DNA of 32,000 nucleotides from Acaryochloris thomasi RCC1774 (GCF_003231495.1 NZ_PQWO01000004.1:30001-62000), one strand, 5' to 3'. Shown: positions 1 through 9,216, counted from the first letter of the stretch. Notes: generated by a model from the sequence alone, not told the origin. Made by a program: numbers and translations.

Positions 1-92
1 ATTCGAAGCGCTCCTGACAAAGAAACCAGCGAATGAGGTCCAGAGGTTCCAAACAATCACTAGGATGAGTTCATACCTTTATCGCGAGCATT

Positions 93-2306
93 ATGAAGTT
101 TCCCTTCAAGCGCCGGTCTCAACCGCAAGAAGCGACGGTCCCTGCTCAAGCGTCAGGCTTAGGAACGTTTGGTGGCGTCTATACGCCATCAACCTTAACC
201 ATCCTGGGCGTGATTATGTATTTGCGGTTTGGCTGGGTGGTGGGCAATGTGGGCCTGCTGGGTACGCTGATTATTGTCACGCTGGCGACGGCTATTACGC
301 TACTGACGGCGCTTTCTGCCTGTGCGATCGCAACTGATCGAGAGGTGCGCGTGGGCGGAGCCTACTACATGATTAGCCGCTCTTTGGGGATTGAAACCGG
401 CGGAGCTGTCGGGATTCCGCTCTATTTTGCCCAAGCTTTTTCAGTGGCTCTATACACCATTGGCTTTGCCGAAAGCGTGGTCCGCAACTTTAGTCAGTTC
501 AATCAGCTTTACGTGGCTCTGATTACCACGATTGCCGTTGCCGTACTCGCTATTACCTCGGCCCAGTTTGCGATCAAGGCCCAGTACGTGATTATGGTTG
601 CGATCGCACTGTCCCTGGTCTCCTTAATTTTTGGTAAACCCCTAGAGCCGACCGATATTGAGATGTGGGGGGCTGCTGACGGAGAAGCCTTTTGGCAAGT
701 CTTTGCCGTTTTCTTTCCTGCCGTTACCGGCATCATGGCTGGGGTTAATATGTCTGGCGATCTACGTGACCCCATCAAATCAATCCCCACCGGTACCCTG
801 GCCGCCGTGGGGACCGGCTACGTCATCTATATGGGCCTGCCGTTTATCCTCGCCACCCGAGCCGATGCCAGTACGCTGATTGAAAACCCGCTGGTGATGC
901 AGCAGATGGCCCTCTGGGGACCGGCTATTTTGATGGGCATTTGGGGGGCCACACTCTCCAGCGCCATCGGCAGTATTCTAGGCGCACCTCGGGTACTGCA
1001 GGCCCTGGCAAGGGATGGAGTCCTGCCCCGCTGGATGTCTTTTTTGGGTAAGGGGAGCGGTCCTGACGACGAACCCCGGATCGGCACCGCCGTCACGCTA
1101 GGCGTCGTTGTGGCTGCCGTCAGCATTGGTGACCTCAACTTGATTGCGCCAATCTTGACCATGTTTTTCTTGACCACCTATTTGGTCCTCAACGTCTCGG
1201 CGGGGGTGGAGAGCTTTTTGCAGAGTCCCTCCTTTCGGCCGTTGTTTAGGGTCCACTGGTCGCTCTCGCTGCTGGGTGCTGCTGGGTGCATTGGGGTGAT
1301 GTTTTTAATTAATCCCCAGGCGACCATTGCCGCAGCCGTGATCGTCGCTGTTATTTACCTATGGCTACAGCGCCGGGGCCTTAAAACCACCTGGGGCGAT
1401 GTTCGCAGCGGAGTTTGGATGATGCTGGTCCGCATTGGACTCTTTCAGGTGGGGCACCAGCAAGATGCTAAAAACTGGCGGCCCCATATCCTGGTTCTGT
1501 CCGGATCGCCCACACGACGATGGCCTCTGATTGAACTTGCGAATAACTTCACCCAAAATCGAGGATTAATTACCGTGTCGAGTGTGCTCCCGAGTGGTTC
1601 ACGGGACGTGGCCCAGCAGGAAGAACTAGAGGAGACCCTCACCGACTACTTGGCAGAGCGTGGCGTGCAGGCGTTGGTGCGCACCTTGACGGCCCCTGAT
1701 CCCTTTGAAGGCGCGCAGCGACTGGTGGAAATCTATGGATTAGGTCCGCTGGTGCCCAACACAATTCTGATGGGAGACAGTGAAGAGCCTAAAAATCGCG
1801 ATCGCTACTGCAATCTAATCGCCCATCTTCACCAGGCTAAACGCAACATTCTAATTTTGCGCAATAGTCAAGAGGAAAGCTTTGGCGTCTATCGCCGCAT
1901 TGATGTGTGGTGGGGCGGAATGAATGCGAATGTTGGCCTGCTGCTGCTACTGGCCTATCTGCTGAGCTCCAGCATTGACTGGAATAACGTCCGCATTACG
2001 CTCAAGCTTGCTGTGCCGGATGAAGCGGCGGCGCAGGATGCTCGCAATAATCTTAAAGGACTGATGCGATCGCTGCGGCTAGACGCAACCTCACAGGTTC
2101 TAACCCTAGACGGACGACCCTTCAAACAGGTTTTGCACCAGTCTTCCAAGGGCGCTGACCTCGTTTTTCTCGGGATGGCAACCCCCCACGATGATTTCTC
2201 TAGCTACTACGCAGGTCTGCAAGCGCTCACTTCTGGACTCCCTGCGACTTTGCTGGCGCTGGCCTCTCCCGATTTTCAGGTGGATGATGTCTTAACCAGC
2301 ACGTGA
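93..2306 (+). CDS. APC-superfamily transporter of the SLC12 / cation-chloride cotransporter (CCC) type: polytopic permease core plus large soluble C-terminal domain
   Basis: 737-aa ORF with an ATG start. The first ~470 aa are a series of hydrophobic helices. LGVIMYLRFGWVVGNVGLL matches the conserved TM1 signature of CCC proteins (GV..LR..W.VG.AG). A ~260-aa soluble C-terminal half follows, as in CCC family members. Confidence 0.8.
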   Translation: MKFPFKRRSQPQEATVPAQASGLGTFGGVYTPSTLTILGVIMYLRFGWVVGNVGLLGTLIIVTLATAITLLTALSACAIATDREVRVGGAYYMISRSLGIETGGAVGIPLYFAQAFSVALYTIGFAESVVRNFSQFNQLYVALITTIAVAVLAITSAQFAIKAQYVIMVAIALSLVSLIFGKPLEPTDIEMWGAADGEAFWQVFAVFFPAVTGIMAGVNMSGDLRDPIKSIPTGTLAAVGTGYVIYMGLPFILATRADASTLIENPLVMQQMALWGPAILMGIWGATLSSAIGSILGAPRVLQALARDGVLPRWMSFLGKGSGPDDEPRIGTAVTLGVVVAAVSIGDLNLIAPILTMFFLTTYLVLNVSAGVESFLQSPSFRPLFRVHWSLSLLGAAGCIGVMFLINPQATIAAAVIVAVIYLWLQRRGLKTTWGDVRSGVWMMLVRIGLFQVGHQQDAKNWRPHILVLSGSPTRRWPLIELANNFTQNRGLITVSSVLPSGSRDVAQQEELEETLTDYLAERGVQALVRTLTAPDPFEGAQRLVEIYGLGPLVPNTILMGDSEEPKNRDRYCNLIAHLHQAKRNILILRNSQEESFGVYRRIDVWWGGMNANVGLLLLLAYLLSSSIDWNNVRITLKLAVPDEAAAQDARNNLKGLMRSLRLDATSQVLTLDGRPFKQVLHQSSKGADLVFLGMATPHDDFSSYYAGLQALTSGLPATLLALASPDFQVDDVLTST

Positions 2307-2325
2307 TGTCTTGGCGAAGGGGGCG

Positions 2326-4434
2326 TTAGTGAAAATCTGCGTCCCACACTCCAATATAAATCCACCCCCCTTTCTCGGGTTGCCAGTGAATATTGCCTTC
2401 GAGGCCCCTTACTGTAAAAGTGTGCTGGTCAGCCTTCCGCTCATAAATTTGCTGTAGGCGCTCTTGAACGGATGCGGGAACAGGGCCTTGCAAAAGCTGG
2501 CCTAGCGTTCTTTGTATCGTCTCTATGGGGACAGAATGAGAAAAGGTCGTTTCAGTCTGGCGGAGCTTGCCCGTGTTCTTGCTGACCAAATAACCGAGAT
2601 CTAGTTGGTTGGGCACAACGCCTTCGTAGAGCAACGCTCGGCTGTTACTGTAATACCCTCGACGATTCCAGGTGGGCGGACCCAGAGTATCAACAACCTG
2701 ATCTAAAGTGCTCCCGAGCGTCAAAATCGGAACCTTGATGGTGGGGTTGGAGGCACTCACGACGGTCGGGCTGCTGGAGGATGGGTCAGTCTCGGACGGA
2801 TCTGTGGCTGAAGAACGGCTGTCTGTGGCTGCTGAAGATGGGCGGTCTTCCTGGGAGAAAGGGCGACTGTCCTGACTTTGGGCTAAACCGACCTGGCGCT
2901 GCGGTAAGGCAGACAAGTTGCTTGAGTCTTGCTGCAGTGAGGGAGATGTTATTGCATCGCGCTGAGTCTGCTGTTTCCAGATCTGACCGCCAAGCACAGA
3001 TAAGAGCCCAGCTGCTGCAAGGGCCAACCCAGTAAGGGTTCGTCGTGGCTTTGCAGACGTTGATGGAGAGGAGAGTCTGGTTTCAAAAACTGCCGTTTTC
3101 CCATTTTTGTGGCTGTCTTGAGAATAGGCGTTTACCGTTCGAAACGGTCGAGCTTGCTGGTCTGCTGCCGATAGGCTCGCAACCACTTTTGTGGCTGATA
3201 ATTCCTGATCTGAGATGGGAGCGATGGGAGGAGAAAACACTCTTTCCAGCGCTGCTTTCGGCTGCCGCGAATCGACTTTGTTCGCAGGCAGATCGTGATC
3301 GGTGGCTTGAGGGGTTGCCGTCAGCGTCTGGGTGACCCATTCAGGGCTGAAGACCTGCTGATAAATTCGGTTGGCAACCCTAAGAATGCCGTTGCTCTCT
3401 ATAATCAAGCCCAGCGTCAGTAGTTCCTGCTCTTCTGGACTCGCTTCGGCTAAGATGCCCCGCTGTTCTAAGATCCGCTGATATAGCTTGAGTCGCGGGG
3501 GGGAAGAGATGCGATCGCAAAGTCCCTGCAGGTGTTCAGCCGCTATGCCTGATTCCCAGTGGTGAATCACATGAGTCTGCACTAACGCTGCAACCTGCGC
3601 TTCTTCTTCGCCAGCGGCAATAAACACATTCGTTTCTCGAATCAGCCAGCCCAGCTTGTGGGTCAAGTCAATCTGATCCCCAGTCCAGGCAAGCATGGCC
3701 GCGAGCGTTCGATAGGGATAATCAGAATGTTCCGCTAGCTTGAAGAGCTGCAGTCGGATTCGGTGATAGGGCCGTAGCTGCTGGAGCTGATCCGTGACCC
3801 ACTGCTGATCGAGCAAGGCAGGATCAGGTCCAGCGGACAGTTTGAGATGGTTCTGCTCTACAGTAGCCAAGCCCATCTCCAGCAACTCTGCCTGTTCAGG
3901 CCGATCGTTTGCCCTGACGGATTCCTGCCGCAAAATCCGCTGATACAGCAGCAATAACGAGAACGGATTGACGGATTCATTCTCCAGTAGTTGCTCTTTC
4001 AGCATCTCTGACTCTGGTATCATCGCTTGCGAGTTCAGACCTGCTGAGCCTAGGTGCTTTAAAAAGAAATTGACGGTGCGCCGCCGTACCCATCCATTTG
4101 CAATAGCCAGGGTGCCAAACTTGCGTTGAGTCTGCTGCTGCGAGTCTAGAATCGCCTTGATTTGAGAGGTGTCGAGGAGGGCGGCTTGCTCTAAATACTG
4201 TCCAAGGTGCTGTACCGTCTGATGCTGTAGCTGGGGCCACTCTGCTGCGAAAAAATCAGCCGACTTCTGTTGAATCCATCCGTGAGCCGCTAGGATTTCG
4301 CCAATTCGGAGATCAGAGCGACGTTGTTCTGCTAAAGCAACCTTGAGCTGCCGTGCTGAAATCAGTCCGGCCCACTGCAGCACAGTCCCTAAGGGTTGGT
4401 TAAAGGCAGTAGAGGTGGGCATTTGTAGACTCAC
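2326..4434 (-). CDS. Paralog A: single-pass membrane protein. N-terminal doubled MshEN/T2SSE_N-like motifs, two winged-helix-like repeats, one TM helix, a Ser/Pro-rich linker and a conserved C-terminal (predicted periplasmic) domain
   Basis: 702-aa ORF. N-terminus reads PLGTVLQWAGLISARQLKVALAEQ-RRSDL-RIGEILAAHGWIQQKSADFF, and a second copy reads HLGQYLEQAALLDTSQIKAILDSQ-QQTQR-KFGTLAIANGWV. TM segment LTGLALAAAGLLSVLGGQIW is preceded by KPRR. The protein ends in GWIYIGVWDADFH. The same architecture and much sequence are shared with 5122-7239. Confidence 0.75.
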   Translation of the reverse strand: MSLQMPTSTAFNQPLGTVLQWAGLISARQLKVALAEQRRSDLRIGEILAAHGWIQQKSADFFAAEWPQLQHQTVQHLGQYLEQAALLDTSQIKAILDSQQQTQRKFGTLAIANGWVRRRTVNFFLKHLGSAGLNSQAMIPESEMLKEQLLENESVNPFSLLLLYQRILRQESVRANDRPEQAELLEMGLATVEQNHLKLSAGPDPALLDQQWVTDQLQQLRPYHRIRLQLFKLAEHSDYPYRTLAAMLAWTGDQIDLTHKLGWLIRETNVFIAAGEEEAQVAALVQTHVIHHWESGIAAEHLQGLCDRISSPPRLKLYQRILEQRGILAEASPEEQELLTLGLIIESNGILRVANRIYQQVFSPEWVTQTLTATPQATDHDLPANKVDSRQPKAALERVFSPPIAPISDQELSATKVVASLSAADQQARPFRTVNAYSQDSHKNGKTAVFETRLSSPSTSAKPRRTLTGLALAAAGLLSVLGGQIWKQQTQRDAITSPSLQQDSSNLSALPQRQVGLAQSQDSRPFSQEDRPSSAATDSRSSATDPSETDPSSSSPTVVSASNPTIKVPILTLGSTLDQVVDTLGPPTWNRRGYYSNSRALLYEGVVPNQLDLGYLVSKNTGKLRQTETTFSHSVPIETIQRTLGQLLQGPVPASVQERLQQIYERKADQHTFTVRGLEGNIHWQPEKGGWIYIGVWDADFH

Positions 4435-4583
4435 TGAACAGCATGAGAAATAGTTGGTGACTCACTCAGACATCTAATATTCTTTCGAGAAAAATTAAAG
4501 TGGTTAAATAAACCCTACCTCGGATCTATCTGTCAAGCATAGGGTTTTGCTGATAGAAAAGCTGCAGCAACCCTATCTCGCAA

Positions 4584-5165
4584 TTACGAGGTCCGTTGGG
4601 CTTTTTTGAGCTTGCGGCGCACCGATCGTCGAATTTTCTTGACTTTCCGGGTCCATTTGGGACTGGTGGCGTAACCGGCTTGACGGATTTTCTCAAGATC
4701 TGTGAAGTCACCACCGGAGAGGTCCGTAATCGTCTTGGCGAACATATCAAAGCAGGGAGCAGGGTCCGCACAGTTCTCCCATTGGCTAGAGCGTGCCGAA
4801 ACACAGTCGTTACTTCTGCATTTGAGACCGAAATGGTTGTCTTGTCCGAGGACAAAATCCCCGTGCCCGGTTTCGTGAATTGCGATCGCAAGTGTCAGCT
4901 CTAGGGGAACGTCGTACTCTTTACGGAGCCGTTTCGCATTTGGCAGCAGACGATTGATATAGGGATCGGACGTCTGCATGATTTCCTGATCTTCCTCCGC
5001 ACTGGCTGCGGTAGACGATCCCTGATCCTGGCAGCTACAAAGAAGCATTATTAGAACAGCCGCGTTGCCCCAGCCTAGGAAGCCTCGCCATGCAGTGCGT
5101 CGCTTCGAGGTCTGTGAACGCTTAGTGAAAATCTGCATCCCAAATTCCGATATAGATCCAGCCAT
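4584..5165 (-). CDS. Lipoprotein with glucosaminidase (mannosyl-glycoprotein endo-beta-N-acetylglucosaminidase, FlgJ-type) domain; peptidoglycan hydrolase
   Basis: 193-aa ORF. A signal/lipobox-like segment AAVLIMLLCSCQ is present. LTLAIAIHETGHG and DNHFGLKC match the glucosaminidase-domain motifs (AQA.LESGWG and NNLFGIK). GYATSPKWTRKVKKI matches the C-terminal GYATDP.Y motif. The ATG at 5165 overlaps the stop of the upstream paralog by 44 nt; an alternative ATG lies at 5138. Confidence 0.7.
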   Translation of the reverse strand: MAGSISEFGMQIFTKRSQTSKRRTAWRGFLGWGNAAVLIMLLCSCQDQGSSTAASAEEDQEIMQTSDPYINRLLPNAKRLRKEYDVPLELTLAIAIHETGHGDFVLGQDNHFGLKCRSNDCVSARSSQWENCADPAPCFDMFAKTITDLSGGDFTDLEKIRQAGYATSPKWTRKVKKIRRSVRRKLKKAQRTS

Positions 5166-7239
5166 TTTTATCCCGATGAATTTCGCCTTCTTGGGTTCCC
5201 AATAGGAAAAAGTATTGGTCAGCCTGTCGCCGATAAACCTCCTTCAGTTGGTTCTGCACTGAGTCCGGGAGTTCCCCTCCTAGAAGTCGACGCAGCGTTC
5301 TTTGAATCGTCTCTAACTCAATAGACTGGGCAAAGGCGATCTCCGTTTGACGGAGTTCTCCCGTTTTTTTGCTGACTAAATAACCCAGATCAACGCGGTC
5401 AGGGACAATTCCCTTATAAATCAGCGCTTTGCTGTTGGGATAGTATCCTCTCCAGTTCTTGGTAGGTGGGCCGAGGGTTTCTAGCAGCTCCCTCTGAGTG
5501 CTACCGGTGACAAAGATAGGAACTTCAACGCTTGGATCAGACGTGCTGACGACGGAGACTGGAGATGCTTTAGGAGCCTCTGTTGCGGTAGCTTGGACCT
5601 CTTGATCGAATCGTTCGGCCCGATCCGCTGTACCCTCGTTCGCGGAAGGCTCAGGAGTCGTTGGGGTTGGAGGCTCCTCGATAGCTGGCGCTGGATCAAC
5701 CCTCTCTCTCTGGGATTGAGGTGCATTAGGAGAAGCTAACGTTTCCGGTGATTCAGAAGATGAAGACGCGACCGGGCTGGGTTGAAGGGTCGGACGCCAG
5801 AGTTGCGTCCCAATTGCGACTGCGGTACCGCCGATCGCGCACAGCACCAGCCAAGGTGCAACTGAACGCGTCTTTGCCACTGTGGGTGATGACGCGACCG
5901 CTTCTGCCGCAACAGGCTGAGGGGCCCGCTCAGGCATTACTTCTGCGGGAACGTCAATGGTCAGGGGCAGCGGGTCTAACTCTACGTCCAGAAGATAGGA
6001 GACAACTTCCTCCGCCGAGGGCACCTGACTCGCTTGAGTCGTCTGACTTCTTTGGGTTCGTGGCTCTGGATTAGCCGGTAAGACCTGATCGTCCATCGTT
6101 GTTCGGCGTGAGATTTCTTCGGTTACCCAGTGGTGACTAAAGATCAGCCGGTAGATTCGATTAGCAACGGTGAGCGTCTCTTCTTTTTTCGCAATCAGGC
6201 CCAGAAATAGCAGCTCTTGTTCTTCTGCACTGCCTGTTGCCGGAATTTCATGCCGCTTTACGATCCGCTCGTATAGCTGTAGGTGCTTGAGAGAATAGGT
6301 TCGGATGCGATCGCAAATCCCTTTCAGATGCTGAGCGGCAATGCTGGACTCCCAGTCATTAACAACGTGAGTCTGCACCAGCGCCGCCACTTGGGCCGCC
6401 TCCTCTCCAGACTGAATGAACAGATCCGACGCTTGAATCTTCTGGCATAGCTTTTGCGTTAGCTCGGGCTGATTCCCGGTCCAGTCTAAAACGGCAGCCA
6501 GTAGCTGGTAGGGATGCTCGGCATGTTCTCTCAAATTAAAGAGCTTAAGTCGAATGGCATCGTAGGGGTGGAGTTGTTCTAGAGATTGAGCGATCCACTC
6601 CTGATCTGCAAGCGACGGAGCAAGTCCTTCTGTTACCTTCAGTCTGTTTTGCTCTGCGACCACCAAACCAAGGCGAAGAAGTTCGGCCTGCTCGGGGCTA
6701 CGATCTACCTTGACAGAGCCCTGTTGCATAATCCGCTGATACAGCAGCAGCAGTGAGAAGGGATTGTCGGCTTCATTCTCTAAGATCTGTGCCTTGAGTG
6801 CTTCTGAGACTTGCGTTGTCCCGCGCATCGTTTCTGGCGTAGGGCTGGAGCGATTTTGCTTTAAGTACTTCAAGAAGAACTGGAGCGTTCGGTGTTGAAC
6901 CCATCCATTGGCAACGATCAAGGTGCCAAACTTTAGCTGCGTTTGCCTTTGTGCGTCTAGGGCTGATCTAATTTGAGCTTCGTCCAACAGGCCCGCTTGC
7001 TTCAGATACTGTCCGATGGGCTGCTGCGGAGGCTGCTGCTGGATGCGAGGCCATTCCTCTGCGAAAAAGTCGGCGGATTCCTGCCTAAGCCAGCCACGGA
7101 GAGCCAATAGTTCCCCGATTCGGAGCTTGAAGTGCTGCTGTTCTTTCAGCGCAATCTCAACCTGCCTTGCCGAAACGAGACCCGCCTGCTGTAGTACCGC
7201 ACCCAAGCGCTGGTCAGAAACAGTTGCAGTTTTAGACAT
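5122..7239 (-). CDS. Paralog B of 2326-4434, with the same domain architecture
   Basis: 705-aa ORF. N-terminus reads RLGAVLQQAGLVSARQVEIALKEQ-QHFKL-RIGELLALRGWLRQESADFF, and a second copy reads PIGQYLKQAGLLDEAQIRSALDAQ-RQTQL-KFGTLIVANGWV. TM segment WLVLCAIGGTAVAIGTQLW is followed by a Pro/Ser/Glu-rich linker. The protein ends in GWIYIGIWDADFH. Confidence 0.75.
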   Translation of the reverse strand: MSKTATVSDQRLGAVLQQAGLVSARQVEIALKEQQHFKLRIGELLALRGWLRQESADFFAEEWPRIQQQPPQQPIGQYLKQAGLLDEAQIRSALDAQRQTQLKFGTLIVANGWVQHRTLQFFLKYLKQNRSSPTPETMRGTTQVSEALKAQILENEADNPFSLLLLYQRIMQQGSVKVDRSPEQAELLRLGLVVAEQNRLKVTEGLAPSLADQEWIAQSLEQLHPYDAIRLKLFNLREHAEHPYQLLAAVLDWTGNQPELTQKLCQKIQASDLFIQSGEEAAQVAALVQTHVVNDWESSIAAQHLKGICDRIRTYSLKHLQLYERIVKRHEIPATGSAEEQELLFLGLIAKKEETLTVANRIYRLIFSHHWVTEEISRRTTMDDQVLPANPEPRTQRSQTTQASQVPSAEEVVSYLLDVELDPLPLTIDVPAEVMPERAPQPVAAEAVASSPTVAKTRSVAPWLVLCAIGGTAVAIGTQLWRPTLQPSPVASSSSESPETLASPNAPQSQRERVDPAPAIEEPPTPTTPEPSANEGTADRAERFDQEVQATATEAPKASPVSVVSTSDPSVEVPIFVTGSTQRELLETLGPPTKNWRGYYPNSKALIYKGIVPDRVDLGYLVSKKTGELRQTEIAFAQSIELETIQRTLRRLLGGELPDSVQNQLKEVYRRQADQYFFLLGTQEGEIHRDKNGWIYIGIWDADFH

Positions 7240-7360
7240 TCACGGCTACCCCGATATCGATCTGCAGCACCCAAGGCCGTAATAAATGACCCTGCATACT
7301 GCACTCAGATATTACGAAATATCCCATCAGTCTCGATACTAGATAGCGATAGAAAACCCG

Positions 7361-7378
7361 ATCTATCGTTCGATAGAT
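7361..7378. promoter_or_regulatory. Perfect palindrome ATCTATCG-TT-CGATAGAT in the divergent intergenic region between paralog B and the flavoprotein gene; candidate operator
   Basis: 8-bp arms read directly from the sequence. Related CGATAG / CTATCG copies lie at about 7341-7352 and 7399-7412. No binding protein is identified. Confidence 0.3.
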
Positions 7379-7568
7379 TTTGCTCTGAGGCGGCAACTAT
7401 CGAAATCGACAGAGGAATTTGCAATGCAGCTTGGCTAAAGAGCCTAGGGTGGGTCGTGGCTGTCTTAAACGCCAGACCTGACCTTTTTGTCTGATCGAAT
7501 ACAAAGCAGCAAATTTTTGGATTCTATGGTTCTGAATAGAAGGCGTTGTTTAGCAAAGGTGGCGACAG

Positions 7569-8846
7569 ATGCGATCGCATTATCCGGTCATTATTATTGG
7601 CGGGGGTCAAGCCGGACTCTCCATGAGCTACTGTCTCCGAGAACGGGGCATCGATCACATCATCTTTGAAAAACACCGCATTGCCCATTCCTGGCGCTCG
7701 AAGCGGTGGGATTCCTTTTGTTTGGTGACACCCAACTGGCAGTGTACGCTTCCTGGCTTTCCCTATCCGGGCGACGATACGCACGGCTTCATGCAAAAAG
7801 ATGAAATCGTGCAGTACGTCGAAGAGTACGCCCGTTCGTTTAATGCGCCGGTCCAGGAAGGGGTAGCAGTCTCGAAGGTCAGCCAGCATGACGATCGGTA
7901 TGCCGTAATTACCTCAATGGGAGACTTCACCGCTGATCAGGTGGTGATCGCCACGGGCGGCTACCATCAGCCTAAAATCCCGCGCATCAGTGAGCGCCTG
8001 CCTGAAGAGGTGCTACAGATCCATTCTTCTGAATACAAGAACCCGCAATCGTTACCGGATCGGGCGGTGTTGGTGGTGGGGACCGGACAGTCCGGCTGTC
8101 AAATTGCAGAAGATTTGCACCTCGCGGGCAAGCAGGTTCATTTGTGCGTGGGCGGTGCGCCGCGCTCTCCGCGAACCTATCGTGGCAGAGATGTGGTGGA
8201 TTGGCTTGATCAAATGGGGTATTACGATCTGCCCATTGATGAACATCCGCAAGGGGAAACGGTGCGCTCTAAAACCAATCACTACGTGACGGGGCGTGGC
8301 GGTGGTCGAGAGATTGATCTGCGGCAGTTTGCCCTAGAAGGGATGCAGCTCCACGGCAAGCTAAAGCAGATTCAGGAGGGACTGCTGACGTTTCAAGATG
8401 ACCTCAAGCACAATCTTGATCAGGCTGATGGCGTTGCGGAAAGTATTAAGTGCACCATTGACGATTTTATTGCCAAAGAAAAGATTTCAGCGCCTCTAGA
8501 GCCTGACTATGAACCCGCTTGGCAACCGGAAGAGGCGTGTCTAGATCTCGACTATGTGCAGGCGAATATTGGTACCGTGATTTGGTGTACGGGCTATCAC
8601 AGTGATTTTCGCTGGGTAGACATCCCGGTTTTCGACGGCAAGGGCTATCCGGGGCATGAGCGGGGGGTGACGCCTATCAATGGACTGTACTTTTTAGGCT
8701 TGCCGTGGCTCTATACCTGGGGGTCAGGTCGTTTTTCGGGTATCGCCCGAGATGCTGTACACATTGCTGACTATGTTGCATCTAAGCAGCCGTTACTGGC
8801 GTTGCGATCGCAACGCAAAATCAACGAAGTTGCGATCGGCTCTTAG
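7569..8846 (+). CDS. FAD/NAD(P)-binding flavin-dependent oxidoreductase (flavin monooxygenase-like; resembles what I recall of the MSMEG_0569 family)
   Basis: 425-aa ORF. Two dinucleotide-binding motifs are present: VIIIGGGQAGLS at the N-terminus and VLVVGTGQSGCQIAEDL mid-protein. The RWDSFCLVTPNWQC segment is typical of this subfamily. ATG is at 7569. Confidence 0.8.
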   Translation: MRSHYPVIIIGGGQAGLSMSYCLRERGIDHIIFEKHRIAHSWRSKRWDSFCLVTPNWQCTLPGFPYPGDDTHGFMQKDEIVQYVEEYARSFNAPVQEGVAVSKVSQHDDRYAVITSMGDFTADQVVIATGGYHQPKIPRISERLPEEVLQIHSSEYKNPQSLPDRAVLVVGTGQSGCQIAEDLHLAGKQVHLCVGGAPRSPRTYRGRDVVDWLDQMGYYDLPIDEHPQGETVRSKTNHYVTGRGGGREIDLRQFALEGMQLHGKLKQIQEGLLTFQDDLKHNLDQADGVAESIKCTIDDFIAKEKISAPLEPDYEPAWQPEEACLDLDYVQANIGTVIWCTGYHSDFRWVDIPVFDGKGYPGHERGVTPINGLYFLGLPWLYTWGSGRFSGIARDAVHIADYVASKQPLLALRSQRKINEVAIGS

Positions 8847-9006
8847 GACCGTAGCGTACTTGTCCCCTACGTTGCTATTGATTTACTGTCTTGCATCCAT
8901 GCCCTGGGGGCAGGTGAAGAATTGGCCGTTGAACGTGGGGTTCGGGGGAGTGCGATCGCTAGCGTCCTTTGGGATGCAGACAATCTTGGCATAGGTCTGC
9001 TGCTCT

Positions 9007-9216
9007 TCATTGAAGGTCACCGCTGACACAGCATCGCAGAATCCGCTCATAAATCGCCGTCCCTACTGCGCTGCTGGCTGGATCGCCACAGGCACAGCTC
9101 GGTTTTTGAGTGCTGAGAACCGCAACAATCGAGATGCTAGCGACTACGATGCCTCCTCCGACAAGGGAGCAGGCGATGGCGACGGGCTTTTTAAGTTTTG
9201 ACTTATACCCATTCAT
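9007..9216 (-). CDS. Small membrane-anchored or secreted hypothetical protein; possibly the 5' part of a frameshifted gene (see finding 8883-9216)
   Basis: 69-aa ORF with an N-terminal basic stretch and a hydrophobic helix (KKPVAIACSLVGGGIVVASISIVAVL). No recognisable family. Confidence 0.3.
   Translation of the reverse strand: MNGYKSKLKKPVAIACSLVGGGIVVASISIVAVLSTQKPSCACGDPASSAVGTAIYERILRCCVSGDLQ

Noticed and set aside
65-337. 90-aa ORF overlapping the start of the transporter gene
   Set aside because: It is out of frame with and nested in the transporter CDS and has no motifs.
509-2149. Several 60-116-aa ORFs antisense to or overlapping the transporter gene (509-790, 658-879, 827-1177, 1365-1642, 1955-2149)
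   Set aside because: They lie entirely inside a well-supported 737-aa CDS. Their Arg/Ser/Pro-rich translations look like shadow ORFs of a GC-rich gene.
7569-8846. The flavoprotein as a marker of the MSMEG_0565-0572 (Nit1C nitrilase) gene cluster
   Set aside because: None of the other cluster members (nitrilase, radical SAM, GNAT, glycosyltransferase) are adjacent, so no cluster call is justified.
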